Origin: Synechococcus sp.
GTDB taxonomy: Bacteria > Cyanobacteriota > Cyanobacteriia > Thermostichales > PCC-7336
Assembly: GCA_051439425.1 (NCBI GenBank)
Contig: JBFRWD010000060.1
Coordinates: 1 to 18,303, forward strand
Reading direction: 5' to 3'
DNA: 18,303 nucleotides
Numbering within the stretch: position 1 is the stretch's first letter; the number at the start of each line of letters is the position of its first letter. Below, in pieces: positions 1 through 7,529 of the stretch. The notes below the pieces were generated by a model. The model worked only from the letters and a program-made list of their open reading frames with translations. It was not told where the DNA came from and did no database searches. The position numbers and the translations under genes were made by a program.

Positions 1-2668
1 TCGCCCCACCGCCATCACTGGTAATCACCGGAGCTGTGTTTTCGACTACATCGTTAGGGGTGACGGTGATGTCTTGGGTATCAGTTAATAGGCCCGAATC
101 GGTAACGGTAACTTGCACCTCGTAGTCGTTATCGTTACCGCTATCCAACGGATTCTCAAAATCAGGCGGAGCAATAAAGCTGAGCTCACCCGTGGTGGAA
201 TCAATAGTGAAGAAGGCTTGGTCATCGCCACCCGTGATGCTGTAAATCAGGCCAGCCCCTTCGGTATCGAGATCGTCGAGGGTCTGGACATTGGTGACCA
301 GCGTGGTGTTTTCATCAATCGAGACCGCAGCCGTGGCCCCACCGCCATCACTGGTAATCACCGGTGCGGTGTTTTCCACCACATCGGTGACAGTGACGAT
401 AATATTTTGAATTGTGCTTAAGAAATCCGAATCAGTGGCTGCAACCTGGAGGATATATACATTATTCAGATCGGCATCTCCAGGCATCTCAAAGTCAGGG
501 GGCGCAATAAAGCTGATTTCACCCGTATTCGCATCTAGGTTAAATGCGCCATTATCAAAACCGCCGCCACCAACAGTGGAGAAACTATAGGTCAGTCCCA
601 GACCTTCCACATCCTCATCATCAATGGCAGTGACATCAAGAACAATACCGGTTGAATTCTCCGGTACCATCGCCATGAAGCTACTGGTAAAGACAGGCAC
701 CTCCACCAGAAAATCACTGCTATCAAACGCAGCAACCCCCACCCCAACAAAACGGGCTAGATCTTCACCCGTCGATGTATCGGTCATGATGGAATCGGAG
801 CCATCTAATGTGAATGCCAGGTCGTCAAACGTCAGGGTGCCTTTCAGCTGAATCTTATCGATGCCGTCCTCAAACCCGAAGACCGTATCAAACCCATCGC
901 CACGCCGGAAGACAACTGTATCTACATCACCTGACAGGGTAGCACCAGGGTTCTCGAACCCAATAATGTCATTGCCCAAGCCACCGTCTAGAAGATCGCC
1001 ACCTAAACCACCGAAGATTAAATCATCTAGTGCCCCACCGATAACTGTATCGTTGTCAGCTCCCGCATTAAAAGGTGTACCCTCCACATAACCAGCTTCC
1101 GCCGCCTCAGCAGAGTTTTCAGGCAGCGTGACCATGTCATTGCCGCCCAGTGCATCGTATTGGGTGCCATCGGTATAGGTACCAGTGACAACAGAGTTGA
1201 AATCAATAGTGTCCTCGTTTTCGGTAAACAGGCCGGAGGTTTCCACCACATCGTTAACGGTAACCGTGATGTCTTGGGTATCGGTCAGTAACCCCGAATC
1301 GGTGACTGTGACCTGGACCTCGTAGTCGTTATCGGTGGGATTGGTGCCGCCATCGAGGGGATTTTCAAAGTCAGGGGGAGCAATAAAGCTAAGCTCGCCA
1401 GTAGTGGCATCAATGGTGAAGAAGGCTTGGTCATCGCCACCCGTGATGCTGTAAATCAGGCCAGCTCCTTCGGCATCGAGATCGTCGAGCGTCTGGACAT
1501 TGGTGACCACTGTGGTGTTTTCATCAATCGAGACCGCAGCCGTCGCCCCACCGCCATCACTGGTAATCACCGGTGCCGTGTTTTCCACTACATCGGTAAC
1601 GCTAATGGTTAGGTCTTGAACATTGATCAACCCACCGGAATCGGTCACAGTGACCTGAAGTTCGTAGTCATTATCCCCATTGGCATCGCCGGGTACTTCA
1701 AAATCTGGAGCGGCCGCGAAGGTGACCACACCGGTGGAAGCATCCAGGTTGAATAGAGCTTGGTCTGCTCCTCCAGTAAAGCTGTAGGTCAACCCTGAGC
1801 CTTCTGAATCTGCATCGTCAGTGGCTTGAACATCAATGCCACTGGTTTGATTCTCGGGGACACTGGCTGTTGCTGGGCTGGTAATCGTCGGAGCATCGTT
1901 AGGTGGAGTCGTACTCTCAAAATCATTCTGGTCCAGTTGGCCAACGCGGATATTCTGCAACAGAACCAAATCTTCACCGTCGTTCGGATCTCCGGGTTTA
2001 TCAATGCGAATCAGCGTGTTTCGCCCCTGACCGATGAATTCCAAATCCTCAAAGCGCAATCCGTCTTCGAGACGAAGCTTGTCCACTCCGTTTCTGAAAT
2101 CGAGAATCGTGTCTTTGCCATCTCCAGGCCGCAGCACCGCAATATCTTGACCACTTCCCAGACGGATGGTGTCATTCCCCAACCCACCATCAATCAGGTC
2201 ATTCCCCGAATCACCACGGATAAAGTCATTTCCCTCCCCTCCCAGAAGCTCGTCGTCCTGGCTCCCACCAAGCATGAAATCTTGGCCTAAACCACCGACA
2301 AGCGTGTCATTTCCCGATTTACCCAACAGCTTGTCATTACTTTCACCACCATCTAAGTGGTCATTGCCACTTCCACCGTCGAGCGTATCGTTGCCCGAGT
2401 TGCCAAACAGTAAGTCGCCACCGCCCTGACCGAACAGGGTATCGCTACCTGTTCCACCCAACAACTGGTCAGCATCGTTGCCCCCAAACAGCCGATCGTT
2501 ACCGCTACCACCATCCAGCATATCCAGGCCATTCCGGCCAGATAGACGATCGTTTCCACCCAAGCCCGAAATATCGTCGTTGAGTTTACTTCCGGTGAGA
2601 CCATTACCATCATCGGTGCCAACTAAGACAACACCGTCTATTGGGGGATTGAAAAGACTGCCGGACAT
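1..2668 (-). CDS. Large RTX (Ca-binding nonapeptide) and cadherin-like repeat protein, probable secreted adhesin; 3' end lies outside the window
   Basis: Not in the ORF track because it runs off the edge. ATG at 2668-2666 follows AGGAGG. Manual translation gives MSGSLFNPPIDGVVLVGTDDGNGLTGSKLNDDISGLGGNDRLSGRNGLDMLDGGSGNDRLFGG..., about 16-18 GGxGxD-type nonapeptides, then cadherin-type repeats (NDAPTITS...ENQT...DADSEG...PDFE.P.D...DNDYE.QVTVTD), a second short RTX block and more cadherin repeats. No in-frame stop was found. Confidence 0.9.
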   Translation of the reverse strand, partial: MSGSLFNPPIDGVVLVGTDDGNGLTGSKLNDDISGLGGNDRLSGRNGLDMLDGGSGNDRLFGGNDADQLLGGTGSDTLFGQGGGDLLFGNSGNDTLDGGSGNDHLDGGESNDKLLGKSGNDTLVGGLGQDFMLGGSQDDELLGGEGNDFIRGDSGNDLIDGGLGNDTIRLGSGQDIAVLRPGDGKDTILDFRNGVDKLRLEDGLRFEDLEFIGQGRNTLIRIDKPGDPNDGEDLVLLQNIRVGQLDQNDFESTTPPNDAPTITSPATASVPENQTSGIDVQATDDADSEGSGLTYSFTGGADQALFNLDASTGVVTFAAAPDFEVPGDANGDNDYELQVTVTDSGGLINVQDLTISVTDVVENTAPVITSDGGGATAAVSIDENTTVVTNVQTLDDLDAEGAGLIYSITGGDDQAFFTIDATTGELSFIAPPDFENPLDGGTNPTDNDYEVQVTVTDSGLLTDTQDITVTVNDVVETSGLFTENEDTIDFNSVVTGTYTDGTQYDALGGNDMVTLPENSAEAAEAGYVEGTPFNAGADNDTVIGGALDDLIFGGLGGDLLDGGLGNDIIGFENPGATLSGDVDTVVFRRGDGFDTVFGFEDGIDKIQLKGTLTFDDLAFTLDGSDSIMTDTSTGEDLARFVGVGVAAFDSSDFLVEVPVFTSSFMAMVPENSTGIVLDVTAIDDEDVEGLGLTYSFSTVGGGGFDNGAFNLDANTGEISFIAPPDFEMPGDADLNNVYILQVAATDSDFLSTIQNIIVTVTDVVENTAPVITSDGGGATAAVSIDENTTLVTNVQTLDDLDTEGAGLIYSITGGDDQAFFTIDSTTGELSFIAPPDFENPLDSGNDNDYEVQVTVTDSGLLTDTQDITVTPNDVVENTAPVITSDGGGA
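207..388. repeat. Intragenic direct repeat (cadherin unit), near-identical to 1416-1597; a third partial copy lies at 1-53
   Basis: 182-bp segments at offset 1209 differ at about 8 positions by eye. The motif ccccaccgccatcactggtaatcaccgg occurs three times. Confidence 0.9.
1416..1597. repeat. Intragenic direct repeat (cadherin unit), partner of 207-388
   Basis: Direct sequence comparison with 207-388. Confidence 0.9.
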
Positions 2669-3139
2669 TTAAATGACTCCTCCTAAATTATTGATGCTCG
2701 CCCAGCTAAACCTGACTGGGGCTCTTCAGAACGATCCGAAATCGGTATTGAGGGGCTATCTCATCTCTCGCGAAATTCCAAAAGAATCAAGCGTTATCCG
2801 AACAATTCAGCCGAAAACATCAATCACTCCGCCCAACAATAGCGCTCGTAATTAAGTCCAGGCACACTAGTCACCAGCATCTTGCTGACGACGGAAAAGC
2901 TGACTTTAAATAGAAACAGCTCTAAAGACCAGGAAATTCAAAAAATGGGATTTTAATATTGGGAATCCAAGCCTCAACAGGCTTGGAAGTGTCATCTTAT
3001 AGACCTAAAGGCATCAAAAAAGATACTAACTTTGGACTACAGCAAACGATTCATACAACTCAAAGGGATTTGACCCCATAAGATTTAAGTCGTTTTTGCC
3101 TCGGTGAATATACCTATTTATACCATGAATATAAATATC

Positions 3140-3992
3140 CCGAGTACAGGACAAAAGCTTGAAAAGAATTAGAGGCAGGGGGCTCGAAGGATAACCACAC
3201 CCAAACGTATCCCCTATGCACGAGGTTAAACAGCCCATACCAAATCCTTTTGAGCAGATTGGTGCTAGGAGTGGTTCATCGTGGATTCGCCATTCCCTTG
3301 GTGTGGAGCATGCTGGATAAGCGTGGCCATTCCAATACTCTGGAGCGGATGAACCTGTTCGCTCGTTTTCTCGAACACTTTGGGGGCGTCCAACTCTCCC
3401 AGCTGTGCAGCGATAGAGAGTTCATTTGTCAGGTTGTGCTTCAAGCTGTCCCAAAGCAGCTCCCAAGACGCCGTTTTGCATGTATATCAAGAGCAATCAC
3501 AAGCTGTTTGATGGACGACGCTCCTTATGACTGTCTTTGGTGACCTTCCACTTGGACATCAGTGGGCTCTGCGCAAGACGCGAAGGTTTTGGGGACATTG
3601 GCCGTATCTTGCAGCCTTGAAGTTGGATGATGGCTCTCTTCTGTTCATTGCAACCCAGAGCACTCCTCACTCAGCCATTGCTGATCGCGCCCAACGCTGG
3701 AACATTGAAACCTTCTTTTGCGTGTAAAAACTCGCGGGTTTCGGCCTGAAGATACTCACTGGCGCGATTGTGAGCGCTCGGGCAAGCTCTTTACTTGGCT
3801 CGCTCTGATTTTGGCTTGGGCTATTTATTTGGGTGCATGGTTACATCAAACTAATCCCATCTCCATCAAGAATCTCCGCAGAAGGGAGTGCAGCATCTTC
3901 CGCTATTCAACCGTCTACGCTCTGTCATCCTCAATCGGCAGCAGAAAAAAGCACTCTTTCGACAGTCTCTTGAGTTTTTGTCCTGTACTTAG
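3140..3992 (+). mobile_element. Degenerate, internally deleted IS4-family insertion sequence
   Basis: Terminal inverted repeats: AGTACAGGACAAAA at 3143-3156 and TTTTGTCCTGTACT at 3976-3989 (perfect 14-bp match). They enclose frameshifted DDE transposase fragments. No target-site duplication was recognised. Confidence 0.85.
3250..3992 (+). pseudogene. IS4-family DDE transposase pseudogene (N-terminus missing, several frameshifts)
   Basis: Fragments in different frames: LVLGVVHRGFAIPLVWSMLDKRGHSN..ER..DREF, then RWNIETFF, then KTRGFRPEDTH, and the characteristic C-terminus ...SLEFLSCT* whose TAG (3990-3992) lies at the right IR. Confidence 0.85.
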
Positions 3993-4006
3993 CCTTGCAA
4001 GGCTTA

Positions 4007-4618
4007 TTAATACACACCAACACTCAGAGCATATCGGCCTTTATCGGCTGGAGTCGCTGTAGTCACAATAAGGGTGTAAGTTCCGGTTTCTGGTAGCTCT
4101 AAAACAAGGCGAGCATCTCCCCGCTCGGAGTTACCACCACCGTTATCATCCTCAGCGACGAGTTCGCCGTCAGGGCCGATCAATCGAATGAAGGGATCGA
4201 GCATCGTCCTGGGATCGGAAGTGCCAATGACATTAATGGCAATCGATTCGCCCGCTGCCCCCTCAAAAGAATACAGATCTTGGTAAAAGCCATCATTCAA
4301 CTGAGTCCAACGACCCAGCGTTCCGGCCCGATGGCTGTTGATCGCTAGCTGCTCGGGCGAAGGTGCTGGAGCAACGGGAGGAGGTGCAACTCGAGCAGGT
4401 GCAACGGGAGCAACCGAGGGTGCAGGAGGGAGCGCTGGTGTGGGATGTAAAAACTCTTCTAATTGGCGGATTTCAAGCTCTTGAGCCAGCGCAATCGGCA
4501 CAGAGCTTAACGCTGCGATCGCGATCGTAACGGGAACGAGCCCCACTCTAAGCGCACAGCCAACGGACGATCTAAAATCGGCATTCATCCCCAACATCCA
4601 CCGCAGGCTGGCTACCAT
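4007..4618 (-). CDS. Secreted protein with Pro-rich linker and a PPC (pre-peptidase C-terminal) domain; start uncertain (alternative ATG 4588)
   Basis: Hydrophobic signal ending ALA-QE, then a PAPSVAPVAP linker, then the PPC motif DLYSFEGAAGESIAI...DPFIRLIGPDGELVAEDDNGGG...DARL...LPETGTYTLIV. Confidence 0.8.
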   Translation of the reverse strand: MVASLRWMLGMNADFRSSVGCALRVGLVPVTIAIAALSSVPIALAQELEIRQLEEFLHPTPALPPAPSVAPVAPARVAPPPVAPAPSPEQLAINSHRAGTLGRWTQLNDGFYQDLYSFEGAAGESIAINVIGTSDPRTMLDPFIRLIGPDGELVAEDDNGGGNSERGDARLVLELPETGTYTLIVTTATPADKGRYALSVGVY

Positions 4619-4899
4619 TCAGCGGTGCAGGCGCCAACACGAACAGACTCAACAATCCACATTTCAGCAGTTCATCAAGCGTTATTATCCGCTAAAAAGA
4701 ATTTTAATATACAAGCTATACCCTATTTCGAGTTATTTCTGACAACTGAGCGCGGAAGAAATTGCAGTATGGCGATGGCCATACCACTACGGACATTGCA
4801 GCTACGTTCAACCCTGACTGTGATCGGGAAACCTTTGCCCTAACTGAAATGGCACACGCTCTATGAGCTTAGTGGGCGAGATAGGAACGGTCTGTCTGA

Positions 4900-5856
4900 C
4901 TAGGGCAAACGGTAGAAAGAGCGGCATAGCTCGTATACTCCTAACCCAGCCACACACAGAACGAACGGCAGGAAGTAATACAAACACCGAAAAACGATTA
5001 GAGCACCCAGGATGTCCGGTTCGGCAGCAAATTGACTGAGGAACAGCAGCATGACAGTTTCAAATACCCCCACACCTCCAGGTACGGTACTCAAGAGTCC
5101 CAACCCCAGTGCGACAACGTAAGCGCTGAAAAATTGAGGAAACGATACTGTGCCAGGTAGACCGAGCAGGAGGAACAGTGCCGCCGCAGCACATCCCCAA
5201 TCAGCTGCAAACACACCAATTTGACTCACTGCCAGCTTGAACGACGGAAACCGAATGAAACGATCGCCCACTTGCAGCGACCGTTTCAGGGTAGCGGCCA
5301 GCACAAGGTATGTTGCCGCCAACACCACAAACGCAACCCCCAATAGTCGCAGCGACCCCAACGGAATTGCAATGTGAGTCGGCACTGGAATCGGAGCCAT
5401 AACAAACACTGCTCCAGCAACAGTGCATACTCCGACCCACAAGCTGAGGTTAGAGAACACAATCACTTCCGCAATTTCGATCGCAGTCACATTCCAGGCA
5501 GAATACAAGCGGTAGCGCAATGCCCCACCGGTAAAGAATGCAAACCCGATGTTTGGGCTGATGGCGTAGGTAACCAATCCAGACAGCGCTACTTTGAGAG
5601 GGGGCAAAGGGTGGCGAATGTAGCGAAACGCCAGAATGTCATAGACAGCAATCGCTGTATAGCTGAGCATCGTCAGCATCAGTGCCCCCAACAGCTGGCG
5701 AGCACCAATCGCATCCATCGCTCGCAAGACATCCGCGAAGTTGTAGTCTTGCAACTGCAACCGAATGGTATAGATAGCCAGTAGGAGAATCGCTAGCCCC
5801 AACAAGGCGGACAACCAGCGGACAAGTTTAGAATGGCGAAGCTGGTGCAGGGACAA
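4900..5856 (-). CDS. YbhN/UPF0104 (lysylphosphatidylglycerol synthase TM, MprF flippase-like) membrane protein
   Basis: Multi-TM protein with family motifs YDILAFRY, FTGGALRYRLYS, LLSTVPGGVGVFE and FRCLYYFLP. TTG start; no synthase domain. Confidence 0.85.
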   Translation of the reverse strand: MSLHQLRHSKLVRWLSALLGLAILLLAIYTIRLQLQDYNFADVLRAMDAIGARQLLGALMLTMLSYTAIAVYDILAFRYIRHPLPPLKVALSGLVTYAISPNIGFAFFTGGALRYRLYSAWNVTAIEIAEVIVFSNLSLWVGVCTVAGAVFVMAPIPVPTHIAIPLGSLRLLGVAFVVLAATYLVLAATLKRSLQVGDRFIRFPSFKLAVSQIGVFAADWGCAAAALFLLLGLPGTVSFPQFFSAYVVALGLGLLSTVPGGVGVFETVMLLFLSQFAAEPDILGALIVFRCLYYFLPFVLCVAGLGVYELCRSFYRLP

Positions 5857-5895
5857 TGGGATATGGGGTGAATGGAGGATGCTAATGCATTTGAT

Positions 5896-5940
5896 TCTGG
5901 GGTATGCGCGTCTGGGATATGCGCGCCTGGGATGTGCGCG
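5896..5940. repeat. Tandem repeat, 3 x 15 bp
   Basis: tctggggtatgcgcg / tctgggatatgcgcg / cctgggatgtgcgcg. Confidence 0.9.
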
Positions 5941-6087
5941 GCATGAGTATCTGCTCAGCGTCAGGCAAAGCCATTCAGTGCTGAATAATGCAAGAGAAAG
6001 CTCTGGGTTGGTGCTGCAGCAGGTCTGGGGAATGGCACACTAGAGCCATCATCGCATTTGCATGGGATTGGAGACAGGAGAATCAGA

Positions 6088-6738
6088 ATGGCGATCGCCA
6101 CTATTGCCGTCATCGATTACGAAATGGGCAACCTGCACTCGGCCTGTAAGGGGCTAGAGAATGTAGGAGCCGACGTGACGATCCTGCAGCATCCCGAGCA
6201 TTTAGAGCGATTTGACGGATTGCTATTACCCGGCGTGGGTGCGTTTGACCCAGCAATTCGTAGCTTGCGCAAGCACGGATTTGAAGAACCGCTGAAAGCA
6301 GCTATTGCCCGCCAGCAGCCATTATTAGGCATCTGTTTGGGGATGCAGTTAATGTTTGACGGCAGCACAGAAGGCCAGGAAACCGGCTTGGGTATCGTTC
6401 CCGGTACAGTACAGCGGTTCGTGCCCGAACCCAGCATCACCATTCCCCACATGGGTTGGAATCGCCTCAAGTTTACTCAACCTGACGCTCCTCTATGGCG
6501 AGAACTCGGCGAGTCTCCCTGGGCCTATTTCGTCCACTCCTACTATTGCTCCCCCGATGATCCCGCTTGGACAGCAGCCACTGTCACCCACGGCGGCCAA
6601 ACAGTCACAGCCGCGATCTCCAGGGGGGCGGTCATGGCCACACAATTCCACCCCGAGAAGTCATCCCAGGCAGGGCTGCACATGCTGGAGAATTACGTTC
6701 GATACGTGGCAGAGGCCAAAAAACTCACTGCAGTCTAG
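6088..6738 (+). CDS. hisH: Imidazole glycerol phosphate synthase, glutamine amidotransferase subunit
   Basis: IDYEMGNLHS, LPGVGAF, GICLGMQ (catalytic Cys), PHMGWN, YFVHSY, QFHPEKS. The ATG at 6088 follows AGGAG, so it is preferred over the 6058 start in the track. Confidence 0.97.
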   Translation: MAIATIAVIDYEMGNLHSACKGLENVGADVTILQHPEHLERFDGLLLPGVGAFDPAIRSLRKHGFEEPLKAAIARQQPLLGICLGMQLMFDGSTEGQETGLGIVPGTVQRFVPEPSITIPHMGWNRLKFTQPDAPLWRELGESPWAYFVHSYYCSPDDPAWTAATVTHGGQTVTAAISRGAVMATQFHPEKSSQAGLHMLENYVRYVAEAKKLTAV

Positions 6739-6825
6739 CAAGCTCAAAGCTTCTCAATCTAAACTTGAGCCTCCAATGCCGAGCCAAAGGGGGCTGAATT
6801 GTAAACCTGGTGGACCTCCAAATTG

Positions 6826-7164
6826 CTAGTGAGCGGGTTCGTCTTCAGCGGCCTGAACGCTGCAGGCGATTTCGTAACTATCTAACAAAGGTCTGGCAGC
6901 AAACAGCGGGTTCATTTGGCGCAAGATCGCATCGTGAACTTCGCCCTTACTGGCATCCATGGCCGCTTGCGTTTCCCAGAAAATCACAGACATGCCGCGA
7001 TCGCTATCCGGCTCCCTCAGCAGATACGCCCCTTGAAAACCATCGCGGTAGGTGGATACAGCTTTTTCGTACAGTTGCTGGGCTTCTTCAAAGCGGCCCG
7101 CTCTAAATTCTCCAATGGCTACCGAAGCGTAGGGATGGGAAAGGCGATCGTGAAAGTCAACCAT
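6826..7164 (-). CDS. Antibiotic-biosynthesis-monooxygenase-like (dimeric alpha-beta barrel) protein
   Basis: AGGAGG RBS upstream; GFQGAYLL...GMSVIFWET.AAM pattern typical of the ABM fold. Confidence 0.7.
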   Translation of the reverse strand: MVDFHDRLSHPYASVAIGEFRAGRFEEAQQLYEKAVSTYRDGFQGAYLLREPDSDRGMSVIFWETQAAMDASKGEVHDAILRQMNPLFAARPLLDSYEIACSVQAAEDEPAH

Positions 7165-7351
7165 GTGTCCTCCTGCGCGCCAGGCGCGATCGCGATGTTA
7201 GAAATTGAATATCCGATATAGCGGTGGTCGAACCACCTGAAATTGGCAGTGTTGTGTTGAGGCAAGACAATGCAAAACACTATGCCTGGTAATCATTGTC
7301 GCCGAATTCTCTTGAGATTCCTTTGAAGATGCATGAACTAGGTTTACATAA

Positions 7352-7385
7352 CGAAACCCGTCACCGTTCACGGTGACGGGTTTCG
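7352..7385 (-). terminator. Intrinsic terminator downstream of apcE
   Basis: Perfect 15-bp stem CGAAACCCGTCACCG-ttca-CGGTGACGGGTTTCG. On the minus strand it ends in TTTCGTTATGT. Confidence 0.8.
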
Positions 7386-7529
7386 CATCAGACAGAACTA
7401 GCCTGGGAGCTGATGTCTTACGAATCAAAGCTTGCCATGTCAGTTAGGACAAGGATTTCCTAATCGCAGTCAGGACTGAACATAACTGACATGACCGCAG
7501 TGATGTGGCCACTGCTATAGCTTTTGTTA

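Noticed and set aside
113..2855. Many short ORFs in the track over the left end
   Set aside because: Nearly all are antisense or off-frame shadows of the long RTX/cadherin frame; the one at 2673-2855 overlaps its RBS and upstream region and has no recognisable motif.
2966..2987. 9-bp hairpin TCCAAGCCT-caac-AGGCTTGGA
   Set aside because: A real inverted repeat, but it has no clear U-tract or gene ending nearby, so no function can be assigned.
7436..7493. Hammerhead ribozyme or tRNA-like element
   Set aside because: Lacks the CUGANGA core and the tRNA T-loop/anticodon layout on either strand.
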